Source: Lama glama (lineage: Eukaryota). From it: 64,000 nucleotides of DNA. The stretch lies in the NCBI GenBank assembly GCA_028534125.1, contig CM052817.1:8122001-8186000 (forward strand), written 5' to 3'. The position numbers were made by a program, and so were the translations under genes. The notes beneath the pieces were generated by a model. The model ran no database searches. It worked only from the letters and a program-made list of their open reading frames with translations, and had not been told where the DNA came from. Each line of letters opens with the position of its first letter. The first letter of the stretch is position 1. This document shows, piece by piece, positions 52,395 to 64,000 of the stretch.

Positions 52395-53424
52395 GCACCC
52401 CTGCGGGATGTACGGGTACCGATGTAGAGAAGTAGTGTGGTAGGTAGAGCCAAAAAGAGGACGTTGGTTTATGAAACGGAGTATTTCCCTCCAAGCTTTG
52501 TTTCCCCAATCTCATGTTCTCAGGGGTATAGTATCGAAGGTTTTCCATGTTAAAAAGCTCACCCAGACACAGTCCGGATCCCCAGTGAAGATGCCCCTCA
52601 CTCCAGGGCAGGGAGAGAAGATTGGGCGGTTGCAGGGGGATCCCAGAGCCCTGCTGGCCTGATAACCTGCTAGATTCCTCTCTGCTGGCTCCCCGGGCTG
52701 TCCCGCGCGCGAACTGGATCCAGGCACCCGCAGAATGGCTGTTCAGGGTCCAGGCAGCCTGCGTGATTTAGTGGAGCCATAGACAGGCTCTTCAGTTTTT
52801 TCAGAAATTGACTTCTTCATGAGACTAATCGGAGTATCTCACCCTAAACGTTGGCAAGCTCAGGTATTACAAACAAGCCTGTCTTGTCTCTCATGTCTTG
52901 TTTTTTCCATTTGGGTTGTCAGTTAGACAGTAGGTGAATGAATGATGGTGCTCTTGGGGATGGGGTGGCATGAAGGAGGAAAAGCAGGTTTGCGTGGATA
53001 GAGGGGAAGATGCTATCTGCTGTTCCTTGTACTGAGTTTGCTTGTGAAATACTAAGAAGGTCTTCTGAATTTATTGTATTTCTGTCTGTAAGTAACTATC
53101 CTGGCCCCCCCCCCCATGATGTTATGCCAGATTCCCCTTGCAAAATTTCCCAACCAATTTCCCTACTGTAGTCTCTTCCTGTTGTTCATTTGTATTGAAC
53201 AAGAAGTTCCTGAGTGCTTACTATATCTCAGGTACTGTTTGAGGCTCTGGGGCTCATGGCCCTGTAAGGCACTACCCTCAACAGGCTACCATTCCAGTAG
53301 AGAAGTGCCACCAAGAAACAAATGCCTACGTAAAGCAGTGGGCAAAGTGTCAGGTGGTGTGAGCGCTCTGAAGAAAATTAGAGCAGAGCAGCGTGACAGA
53401 GGGTGATTTGGGGCTATTTAATTT

Positions 53425-55010
53425 TTCAAATTTAGATTTTATTTTTTTATTTAGGTTTTTATTAAAGTATAGTTGTTTTATTAGTTGCAGGTGTACAACA
53501 TAGTGATTTGATATTTGTATACATTATACTCCATTTAAAGTTATTATAAAACATTGGTCCTATTCCCTGTGCTGTATGATACATCCTTGTTGCTAACTTA
53601 TTTTATACGTAGCAGTTTGTATCTATTAATCCCCTACCTCTGTCTCCCTCCTCCCCCCACCCTCTCTCCGTTGGTGACCACTAGTTTGTTCTCTGTTGGT
53701 CTGCTTCTCTTTTGTTATACTCATTTGTTTGTTTTATTTTTCAGATTCCACATGTAAGTTATAATACACAGTATTTGTCTTTCTCTGTCTGACTTACTTC
53801 ACTAAGCACAATGCCNNNNNNNNNNNNNNNNNNNNNNNNNNNNNNNNNNNNNNNNNNNNNNNNNNNNNNNNNNNNNNNNNNNNNNNNNNNNNNNNNNNNN
53901 NNNNNNNNNNNNNNNNNNNNNNNNNNNNNNNNNNNNNNNNNNNNNNNNNNNNNNNNNNNNNNNNNNNNNNNNNNNNNNNNNNNNNNNNNNNNNNNNNNNN
54001 NNNNNNNNNNNNNNNNNNNNNNNNNNNNNNNNNNNNNNNNNNNNNNNNNNNNNNNNNNNNNNNNNNNNNNNNNNNNNNNNNNNNNNNNNNNNNNNNNNNN
54101 NNNNNNNNNNNNNNNNNNNNNNNNNNNNNNNNNNNNNNNNNNNNNNNNNNNNNNNNNNNNNNNNNNNNNNNNNNNNNNNNNNNNNNNNNNNNNNNNNNNN
54201 NNNNNNNNNNNNNNNNNNNNNNNNNNNNNNNNNNNNNNNNNNNNNNNNNNNNNNNNNNNNNNNNNNNNNNNNNNNNNNNNNNNNNNNNNNNNNNNNNNNN
54301 NNNNNNNNNNNNNNNNNNNNNNNNNNNNNNNNNNNNNNNNNNNNNNNNNNNNNNNNNNNNNNNCGTGTCTTCTCTGGAAAAATGTCTATTCAGTTCTTTT
54401 TGCTCTTTTTATAATTGGGTCATTTGCTTTTTGATATTGAGCTGTATGAGCTGTTTATGTATTTTGAATATTAACCCCTTTGTCCATCATATAATTTGTA
54501 AATATTTTCTCCCATTCAGTGGGTTGTCGAGGTTTACTTTTATTTTAAATCATTTTTATTGATATATATATTTGACACATAATATTGCATAATTTTTCTA
54601 TTTAACTACAGTTTATTTACAATATTTGTTACTTGCAGGTGTACGGCTTCAGATTCTTTTTCATGGGTTATTACAAGGTACTAAATATAGTTTCCTGTGC
54701 TATATGGTAAATACTGTATAAATTTAAAGTGTACAACATGTTGAGTTGATACATTTGCATCTTGCTATAGGATTGTCCTTAGCACTTCTAGCATGTCACG
54801 TATCTATCACTTCTTTTCAGTGGTTGGAATAACTAAGATCTAATCTCCTAGCAAGTCTGGTGATTATAATACAGTATTGTCGTCTCTGTTCCCTATATGG
54901 TGCATTAGATCTCTAGTGCTCGTTTACTACTCATTGCATCTGTCCTGTCCCTCTTAAACTTCTGTCCTGTTCCCCCTCTAACCCCCTGATAATCACATTT
55001 ACTGCTAAAG
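53425..55010 (-). mobile_element. Stacked LINE-1 3' ends (53425-54530 containing N gap 53816-54363, plus two shorter tails)
   Basis: Antisense L1 tail text (ttattaaagtatagttg...caggtgtacaacatagtgattt; cagattccacatgtaagtt; tctctggaaaaatgtctattcag). Confidence 0.85.
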
Positions 55011-56864
55011 ATTCATCTTTAGAAAGAAGATACTAGAATATGTTTCTATGTTGGTATAAATCATCCAATGAAGAAGACAATTGATAATGCAGGAGAGAAG
55101 AGAAAATGGTAAAGCCCTTAAGAAGTGAAAGGGGTTGGTTTTTGGTAAAGATAATGATACAGATGCTTATAGGCTATTGCAGGGCTTATCACAGTGACTG
55201 ACAAGGAAGTGATGATAACCACGGTTGGCATTTACTGAACACATACTGAGATGCAGGTCCTGTTCAGATGCTTAACATTTATTACTGTATTTAATTCTCT
55301 CGACAAGTGTGAGGCAAGCTGAGCACAGAGAGTGGGGCAGGGAGGACTAGAGGGGTAGGGAGAAGGTGAGAAAAGCCATTTAATACAATGGGAAGGGAAG
55401 AATTCAGGGTCATAAGGTAGAACAGCTGAGCAGGATTGAGGGTGTATTTGAGATTCACATCCATGACCTAAAAGTGTGACCATTTAGCACAGGTGTGTGC
55501 TTTTCTCCAGCACAGGGTGGGTGGACAGTTGGGCAACTCAGGGTTGGGGCATTGCTGGACCTCTAATAAGAGCAGCCTGGGATTTAAGGCTGTTTGCAAA
55601 GGAGGGTTTATAATCAGGGAACCATGGAACCTAAGCTGGGTCAGGGCAAAAATAATGACACAAGGAAAGTGATAGATTTAGGATCAATGAATTAGAAGTC
55701 CTGGAAGAGTGAACACTTGCCGGAGTCTGAGTATTAGGGATATGAGTTGGAAAAAGGAGTGGTCACAGATTTGGGTACCAAGTCAAGTTTCAGAGGTCCT
55801 CTGGTATCCATGACCCCAAGCTCCAGGGTGATAGCGGGGGGTGGAAGCACTGATTCCTGGAGGTGCTGCCTCACTTCCCCAGCTCCTAACACAACAAGTG
55901 ACTCGCTGATGTCCCTCTGAAACCCCTCCGAACCTTCACCCCTGTTCCTCCCACCTGTGTGCCGTCTGTCCCATGCCACACTGTGGAGATCCCACCGACC
56001 CACCAGGTCTGGGAAAGAACATGGAAACAGGAAAAAGTGCTATTTTAAAAAGCTACTGTTCTCTACCCGGCAGGCTCAGCTCACATATTATATTACTTTA
56101 GTCCTAAATCCTTCTGGAGGCTCCCACCCCTATGTGTTGTGACCTTTTCCTCCTGGAAACAAGGAAACTCACTACCTTAGAATGATTTGTCAGCGCTCCC
56201 CCTCCCCCCACCGCACAGACCTGAGCAACTTGTCTTTAATTAAACTGACTCATCCGGGCAAGTTGCCACCCAGTGATGATAAAGAAGTGCCATTCAAAAG
56301 AGTGGCTTTTTAGAATAGAGTTTCCTAAATTACAGCCCTTTCATACCCCCTTTTCATGTTTTTGCCCTCTGTGTGTTTCCATCTGTAGTGTCTATTTACT
56401 TAATACCTTTATTTAAATGACTACCTTTTAAACTTGGAAAAACACCTCACTTTTAAAAGAACCTTCATATAAATAACATATAGATAATATATATGTTTGC
56501 ATATAAATATACATATGGAGCATCAGTAACCTCTTACCAAATGTAATCTTTAAAAAAAATGCATATAGAATGCTGAGAAAACAGTATTAGTAAACTAGCT
56601 GTGTATACTAGGATGCTGAAGGCTCTGGGCCTGGGGCTGGCTCTCTGTTATAAGGACACATTGACAAGAGCTGGAGAGTTGTTACAGCTCACTAGCACCA
56701 ACCAGACCTCCTCTCTGACATGTTAGAAAGACTAGAAGGGAACTAACTCAATAGAAATGTGTAGGCAAGTTTCCCTAAAGATGTACACCAGAATGCTCAT
56801 AGCCTCAGTTTCCAGTTTCCAAAAACCCGGAAATTACCTAAATGCTCATGAAGAGTAAGATAAG

Positions 56865-57699
56865 TCTCAATTTCATTCCTGGACATATATCCAGGGAAAA
56901 CACTAATTCAAAAAGATACTTGCACACCAATGTTCATAGCAGTACTATTTACAGTAGCCAAGACATGAAGGCAACCTAAATATCCATCTACAAATAGATG
57001 ATTGGATAAAGCACTTGTGGTATATATATATATATATACACATACATACATACACACAATGGAATGTTACTCAGCCATAAAAACAATGAAATAATGCCAT
57101 TTGCAGCCACATGGATGAACCTAGAGATTATCATATTAAGTGAAGTAAGTCAGACAGAAAAAGACAAATATCATATGATATCACTTATGTGGAATCTAAA
57201 AAAATGATACAAATGATATTTACAAACCATAAACAGACTCACAGACAGAAAACAAACTATGGTTACCAAAGGGCAAAGAGGGGGAAGGGAGGGATAAACT
57301 AGGAGTTTGGGATTAACGGATACACATCACTGTTAGATAAACAAGGACCTATTGTATAGCACAGGGGACTTTATTTATTTAAGACTTAAAAAACCGGTTT
57401 ATTTTGGTAGTTATGTTTGCATTCATTGTATATCCTTTTTTCTTTTTTACTATTTTTTAATTTTATTTTTTATTGAGGTGCAGTTGATTTACAATGCTTG
57501 TTTCAGGTGTACAGCAAAGCAGTCCTGTTATACATATATGTATTTTTTCCTTTCCAGATACAGGGAACTATAATACCTTCTAATAACCTATAATGGTAAA
57601 GAATTTGAAAAAGAGCATATATCTGTATAACTGAATCACTTTGTTTTACACCAGAAACTAACACAACACTATAAATCAACTATATGTCAATGAAAAAAA
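56865..57699 (+). mobile_element. Artiodactyl-type LINE-1 3' end interrupted by an inverted L1 tail fragment (~57371-57560)
   Basis: ccaatgttcatagcagtactatttac...gggagggataaactaggagtttgggattaac...gcacaggggact [insert] cagggaact...gaaactaacacaacac...gaaaaaaa. Confidence 0.88.
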
Positions 57700-58589
57700 T
57701 AGGTAAGTCAAGTGTGGTACATGCACAGTACAGGATGCTTGTCAGCCACGAGGACAAACCACTCTGAGGGAGGGCAGCTGTGTGGATACCTTGTAAACAC
57801 TCACCCTGGCGTCCCTGATGCCTAGAGTGGGCCTAGCACGTGCTGGAATCTTAGCAGATGTTTATTGAATGAATGGCCTCACTTTGTCCTCACACAACCT
57901 GCGATCAGAGGGACAGGTATCAGAGTTCCTATTTACAAATGAGGACTCTGAGATGTGGAGAGGCCAGGTGATTTCTTCAAGGTCACGCAGAGTGCGGCCG
58001 CTGCATCAGGACCCCCGAGAAGACAGCCTGCTCCCTTACGTAGCTGTTCCCTCGCCTTTTAGCACAAATAACATATTTCAGTTTCTTTTGTTGTTGTTAA
58101 ATCATCTTCTGAGGCCTAACTTGGAGATGTTTATTTCCATCATGGGGTATTTTGGACGGGCTTTGCAAAGGGAAAGGGCCAGAAGACTGTGCTTTCAGAG
58201 AAAGGGGGTTGGGATAGGGGGAGAGAGCTCACTGGGGAGATTTATGTCACGGAATTACAGCAAACTCTGTCACTCCGTCTGAGTAAGTGTGGCTAGAAAC
58301 AGGAAGGGGAGGACAGGATATCATGGTAGCACACGGGCTTAATGGAATGTCAAGGGAACAGATGGGACTGAGCTGTCCTGGCAACTGTCAAAGGAAGAAG
58401 TTTGAGACACAATCTCGACACAAAGGCAGGTGAACCGGGGCTGGAGACCCGCGCTTCCTGTGCATTCAAAAAGGGCTCTTAGCGAAGTAGCAAAAGACGT
58501 CTCTCTAGAATCAATCCATATTCAGGTCGGAAGTAAGGAGGGGTCCAGGGAGCGGGGGTGGAGAGTGGACACATCTATTGAAGTTTTCT

Positions 58590-58855
58590 TAGTTTTGTTT
58601 TTAAATGAATTGTAGTTGATTTACAATGTTTTCAGGTGTACAGCAGAGTGATTCAGTTATACACACACAAACACACATATATATTCTTTTCCCTTATAGG
58701 TTATTACAAGATATTGAATATAGTTCCCTGTGCTATACAGGAGGTACTTGTTGTTTATCTATATTGTATATAGTAGTGTGTGTCTGTGAATCCTAGACTT
58801 CCAATTTATCCCTCCCTTCCTTTCCCCTTTGGTAACCATAGTTTGTTTTCTACTG
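58590..58855 (-). mobile_element. LINE-1 3' tail
   Basis: gtagttgatttacaatg...caggtgtacagcagagtgattcagttatac...cccctttggtaaccatag. Confidence 0.85.
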
Positions 58856-59284
58856 GACACATTTATTGAGACATAAATTTCACTTAAAGATTAGATTTAC
58901 ATTTTAAGACTCTGAAATGACCAATTATGTATTCTTTGATACTCCAAGAATGTTTACTGGGGAAATAATCTTTTTGAAGGACCAGCAGACCCCAAATGAC
59001 AGGGATGAAATGAACAACACTGTTTGAGGGTAAATAGGGACACACAAGCCACAATAGGAAAAGGCAAATTCTTGTTGAATACTTCTTTAGGCATGAAAAA
59101 AATGTTAGTTTGACGCTTTCAAGTGAGACTTATGGAAGACTGACAAATTGGTTTCTGCATAGAATAACAACTTTTGAGTTTTCATGATAAACTTATTTTG
59201 AGAAGATGACATTTGAAAAAAAAACAGCATGGGGCAGATTCTGCCAATGGTGACAGGGAGCACATTTATTAAAAGCTAATGGAG

Positions 59285-59422
59285 AGGGGAGGGTAGAGTT
59301 TACTGGTAGAGGGCCTGCTTATCATGCAAGAGGTCCTGTGTTCTATCTCCAGTACCTCCATCAAAAAAAAAAAATAAATAAACCTAATTAGCCCCCCATC
59401 AAAAAAAAAAAAAAAAGAAAAA
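59285..59422 (+). mobile_element. Camelid tRNA-derived SINE with 14-bp TSD, directly followed by a 20-nt SINE head
   Basis: aaaagctaatggag at 59271-59284 and 59423-59436 flanks a diverged SINE. ggggagggtatagctcagtg follows at 59437-59456. Confidence 0.85.
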
Positions 59423-59511
59423 AAAAGCTAATGGAGGGGGAGGGTATAGCTCAGTGAAAAAGACTCATTCAGAAAAAGTATGACTAGTCTTGATTAACAA
59501 TTCCCAAAAAT

Positions 59512-59735
59512 TGGGAGTTTGGCATTAGCAGATACAAACTACCATATATAAAATAGATAAACAGCAAGGTCCCACTGTAGAGCACAGGGAACTATATTCA
59601 ATACCTTGTAATGGCCTATAATGAAAAAGAATATGAAAAGGAATATGTATATGTATAACTGAATCACTGTGCTGTACACCAGAAACTAACACAACATTGT
59701 AAACTGACTATACTTCAGTTAAAGAAAAAATAAAA
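59512..59735 (+). mobile_element. LINE-1 3' tail (5'-truncated)
   Basis: gggagtttggcattagcagatacaaactacc...gcacagggaactatattc...ccagaaactaacacaacattgtaaac. Confidence 0.88.
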
Positions 59736-60299
59736 GTCAAAACAGAACATGGAGCTGGAATCATCTCCTCCATCCCAATCTCAGGTCAGTTAGATTTCAC
59801 CAGTTGTAGCGGTGTCGGGCAAGGCCTCCCTGTATCACGGCCCTGCAGCCACTAAGCCTGCTGTAGAGGTGGGAAGATCAGTCCTTTCTCCCGTGGGCTC
59901 TGCAGGAAGGACCCGGACCTGGGGTTAGAAGATGGTTCACTCCCAACTTGGCTAACTCACGGTAAGCTCACCTGATGGCCATTCCTAACTAGTGGGCTTG
60001 GCCAGCTGGAGTTGGTGGGTTCTAGTCTTGAAGAAGTCTAAGTGGTGGGGAGGGGAGGGGGCAGGGAAGAGGCCTGCAGTAGGGAAGGGAGGCCCCGCTG
60101 CAATTGCAGAGGAATTAGCCTCATCACTTTCAGCCAGGGGACACTGCCCCTTCAGGACGTCTTGCTGGATTATCCCAGCCTTGTGTCAGCTCTGCAGATG
60201 CGGGACTGCTCAGGTTCAGAGAGAAGGAGCAGTGAAGCGTGGCAGTTGGAACTAAGCTGGGACCAGGGAAGTGGCAAGTTTGAGATGGCGTGCAAGTGC

Positions 60300-60535
60300 T
60301 TCTTTGTGGGTTCTTAGGGGGAAGCTACTGGCATTTGTGGCTAGACGTTGCAGTGGGGCCAGGGACTGTCCCGTGCATTGTAGGATGCTCAGCTTCCGGA
60401 CCTCCTCCCTCCTACCGAATATGTACCAGTGGCACCAAATGATCGTGATGACCAAGAACTGCCCCCATGTATTACCAGTGCCCCACGGGGTGGCATCTCC
60501 TCCCTACATGGGTTTCAGAACAACTGGAGATTAAA
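60300..60535. mobile_element. MER20-family hAT-Charlie DNA transposon relic(s)
   Basis: gctactggcatttgtgg...ggccaggga in one orientation, then ctgtcccgtgcattgtaggatgctcagc...ccagtggcacc...gaacaactg in the reverse orientation. Confidence 0.65.
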
Positions 60536-61049
60536 TGACTTTAGCTGAGTTCCCCACTGGAAAATTCCTTATGCGGCTCCCATGTTTACTTCCAACTTTA
60601 TTAAGAGGTAGCATTTCCTCACAACCCAACTACTTAGTCCCTGTAAGGTCATGCCTGGAGCAGGCATAACTCAACGGAGTAACGGTGGCTTCACGTTGAG
60701 AGCACATTTTCAGGTGTGCACTTCTGGTGAACTGATCTCAAGCTCACAGTGCAAAGATGGTTAGCCAAGGAGTTTGCGTCCTGGAACCTGGTCTGGCTTC
60801 TTACTCTTAATTAACTTTAAGGCAAATCATTTTACATTTTTGAGCTTCGGTAAAACTCAACCATATAAGTGAAAGTGAGGAGTTCTCACGTTCCTCCTCT
60901 CCCAAGCCCCTTCCAGATCTACCGAGAGAGAGGCCATCACGGACTCAAATTATGATGTGAAAATGGAACAGTATATCTAAGATCAATTATTTAGAGAGAA
61001 AAAACAGTTTTCACAGGGAGAGATTTTAAAGCAGGGAAAAAAAAAATAT

Positions 61050-62328
61050 CTGACCACGCAAGTTTTGGGAAACATTTTATAATTTATATATAAAATCTCA
61101 GTAAGAAACAATGTAAAATGACAGAAATATCCACCTTACAGTAAGAGTCCAAAAAAAAAAATTTCACACACACTGAATGTAAATTTTAATTATAAAACAA
61201 GAATATGAACAAAACATTTTAAAATAATCTCAATTATTTGGCAACTCATCACATCATTGCTAGAGACAAATTTGATCTTAAGAAATCTTATGAAAAACTT
61301 AAGTTGGACAGTTTGCTCATATGGGAGTTAAAACATGTTTAAAAAAGAACCTGGCAATAAAGCCAGTTTCTATCTTGAAATCATTGTGTATAAAACAACA
61401 TAAAATCCTGAAGCTCGACAGACAGGAGTGACCTAATCTTCAATGCATTTCTCATCACTGAAAAGACACTATGGAACATATGGGTGGAAGCCTCAGAACA
61501 GCACAGAGGAGAGGAACGAACACCCACAGAGGCGTTTCTGCTGCGGTGACAGATGTAACTTCACTTGACCCAGAACCTCCTGTGCCGGTGGGGCTGGTAG
61601 TGAAGTCACAGATGCGAGTATAATCTAAAAACAAGTGACATTCTTGAAAAACAGAGTCACAACTGTGAGCAGAAAAGAAATGGAGGTCCTTTCTTGAGCT
61701 AAACTACTTGACTTGGATACATGAGAGAAGAGCCTCTTTCCTGCCAGGTCGGATTCAGATAGCTACAGGGCAGGCGGCGTCCTAAAACACCTCTACTGAT
61801 GACTGCATGGCATTTAAAACCCTTTTTATTTTAATTAAAAAAAATAATAAAATAAAATAAACAGATATATAGTAAAGTCCACAGATAAGTTTTCTCTGTA
61901 AAATAAATAAAGTGTTCATTGATTAGCATCATACACAGAGTAAAATACAACCTATTTATACATGTTTATATACTGTACATGGGTTACCGGTAGACAGCCT
62001 GGTGTCTGGTGGGCTGGAAGGGTTTGCGTTAGTGACGTGTCACATCGGGAAATCCCAATCTCGAATGTTAAAATATACAACTACTTTGTTTAGAGTTCAG
62101 ATACAAAGTAAACTTATTTTCTTTTATCTGAAATAAATGTACATAATACCTTCTATGAACAATAGTTTATAAAGCTGTTTAGAACATAACAAGAAAAAGC
62201 TTGCACCTAGGAACCTGGAGCACATGCACATCCTTCCCCTGCTTGAAGGCAGCAGCCTGTGGCCCCGAGGCCCGCCCCCTCTCTCCACTGTGTCCCCGAG
62301 TCGACCAGCAGGGGCGCTGCAGGCAGGA
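61050..62328 (-). other. BOD1L1: BOD1L1 3' UTR (distal end approximate)
   Basis: U-rich on the minus strand. AATAAA at 61830-61825; distal ATTAAA at 61190-61185 and TATAAA at 61081-61076. Confidence 0.7.
61825..61830 (-). terminator. Canonical poly(A) signal, BOD1L1 proximal site
   Basis: AATAAA with a CA about 17 nt downstream, a GU-rich GGTGTTTT element further downstream and upstream TGTA elements. Confidence 0.6.
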
Positions 62329-62446
62329 TTACCGCTTGGCCTTCTTCCCGGGGGCCTCCTCCACGCGCTGCTGGCCTCTGGTGCGCGCGCCGGGAGGGCT
62401 GGCCTCTCTCTTGCGCTTGGCAGAAGGGGAGAGCTGTGCCTTTGAT
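62329..62446 (-). CDS. BOD1L1: Biorientation of chromosomes in cell division 1-like 1, last coding exon (partial gene; upstream exons outside window)
   Basis: Acceptor ctgcag| at 62447|62446. Encodes (R)SKAQLSPSAKRKREASPPGARTRGQQRVEEAPGKKAKR-TAA, which matches the recalled human C-terminus (...LSPSIKRKREVSPPGARTRGQQRVEEAPVKKAKR). BOD1L1 is the known syntenic neighbour of NKX3-2. Confidence 0.9.
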
Positions 62447-64000
62447 CTGCAGTGAACAAAAGTCGAGGCCGAGGTAAGACTTAAAAGGAGCTGCTTCAAG
62501 CAATCTGGGAGTTCTTTAAAATACGTTAGGGTTCTAAACTTGAGAGCCGAGAAGAGAAAACCGGGGTCACCTTTTCTACACAGCAGAAAAGGAGGCTCTA
62601 GAGGAGCCCGGCCTCCCGTGCAAACAGGGCGCCGACGGGGCAGTTAGGAAGCCCGTGCCTGCTTCAGCTCTGCCTCACTCGACGTGTTGCCCTTGGTCAA
62701 ATCCACTATCTTCTCTAGGCCCTAGTTCTTCTGTCTAAAACATAAAGAAATCAACAGCCGGTCCCACGCTGAGACAACCGGCAAGAACACAGCAGCGCAG
62801 CAGCCTGTGTCTGAGCAGGGACACGACCGAGCTTCGTGCAGGACAGCCAGTGGCGTCAGAGAAGGCATAGGAACTTGAGAAGAGTTTTCTGCCCCGTCTC
62901 CCTGCCAGGAGCCTATCCCTGCTCTCCATTCTGCCTGTAGAGTGATTTGTCAGAAACTTCAATTAATCATGTTAAAGTCACTATCTTGTTTATCTGTCTC
63001 TACAGAATCAGAGCCTGCATCTTAGCAAGAGCCTCTGTGAGTGGTCTGCACGTTCAATTTTGAGACGTAATGAATCAGGCCTGTCTGAGAGTCTCCTCAC
63101 GTAAAATAAGGAGAAGTGCTACACTGTACCCAACAAGGACGGATGGGACAGCCTACGTGCAATGTGCCTGGCACTTCAGTTTGCCCCCTTTCCGTAAGCT
63201 GGGGACGATGACGCATATACCCGTTGTAAGTGTGCTGTGAAGATCAAACGTGATGAGACATCAGAGGAGTTTTTGTATACTGTGAAGTCTTAGTTTTTGA
63301 TGCTATAATGTACAGAAAGCAAGACAAGTCCCTGATCTCAAGGAAGACGTTTATAACTCAGAGAGGGGAAGGAAAAGGAACACACTGAAGGCAGTGGCCT
63401 CGGCCGCCCTCACTGCACAGCCCTGACCGGACGTGCAGCAGGAAGGAGGAGGACGGGCCGAAGCAGGCGGGGTGGCGTCCTGAAGGGGGCTGGTGTCTGT
63501 GCCGGGCGGAAGGACCTGGCTGCCTGGGGGCTGGTGGTGAGGGGGCTCCTCAAGGAAGAACCAGCACCAGCAAAGGCTCGGAGCAGGCTGGGCACAACTT
63601 GTGGGAAGCGGGAAGGTGAACTGGGCGGTCGGGAAGGCACCAACGGGCCAGGGGCTGTGCCTCAGGGGGCTCTCCTGTTGCCTCGCTGCCCCTCCAGTGC
63701 TCGGGGCTGTTATCTGCTCGATCATGCTGCACCGATTTAACCAAGCATTCGGATCTGTGACCACTCGGAAAGAACTATGCTTGCCCTCGGTGCCGGTGGT
63801 GGGAGTCAGCACGCAAGGCTCCCAGGCACAAGGACAAGCCTGTGCGGGAGGCTGGGAGGTGGGACAGACTGGCGAGGCCACCACGGCTCCTCCTGGCTGC
63901 TCTTCCTGGTCCGTTTGGGGTAGGTTTCCATTTGGGAAACCAACGATTCCCAAAGACAGTTGTTCGGCAAGACAGAAATCTTAGAGAAACTCAGGAAGAA

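Noticed and set aside
53425-59735. Inverted pairs of related L1 tails that could form dsRNA in BOD1L1 read-through transcripts
   Set aside because: Copies are diverged, lie outside mature transcripts, and such pairs are common genome-wide.
62304-62318. CTCF-like CCAGCAGGGGCGCT in the BOD1L1 3' UTR
   Set aside because: One G short, which misaligns the invariant GGC; much weaker than the 52.4 kb site.
63351-63953. 200-aa minus-strand ORF inside the last BOD1L1 intron
   Set aside because: No resemblance to the acidic penultimate BOD1L1 exon or any known domain; composition is typical of GC-rich chance ORFs.

Overview
Mammalian genomic DNA, very probably camelid: it carries copies of the tRNA-derived GGGGAGGGTATAGCTCAAGTGGTAGAG-type SINE and artiodactyl-type L1 3' ends. 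It contains the complete two-exon homeobox gene NKX3-2 (BAPX1) on the minus strand (CDS 47654-47189 joined to 45703-45177, 330 aa). It also contains the last coding exon and 3' UTR of BOD1L1 (minus strand, stop at 62329-62331). No RAB28 coding exon (the expected left neighbour) was found, so it probably lies outside the window. Architecture: 1-19 kb is AT-rich L1/LTR debris; 19.3-26.3 kb is repeat-poor AT-rich sequence dense in homeodomain, RUNX and SOX motifs; 26.5-52.5 kb is a chain of CpG islands around NKX3-2 with only ancient MIR/L2 relics; 53-60 kb is L1/SINE-rich; 61-64 kb is the BOD1L1 3' end. There are six N runs (441-587, three within 20506-21171, 33132-33351, 53816-54363). I found no RNA genes, no CRISPR arrays, no additional protein-coding gene and no convincing new biological system. 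The best leads are regulatory: a spliced minus-strand noncoding transcript signature at ~39.4-39.9 kb, enhancer-like motif clusters at ~19.5-23.3 kb (one may be the jaw-joint enhancer JRS1), a strong CTCF motif at 52.4 kb, and a weak NKX3-2 splice donor followed by an open read-through frame. Repeat family names and boundaries come from visual recognition and are approximate. Motif calls are unvalidated.
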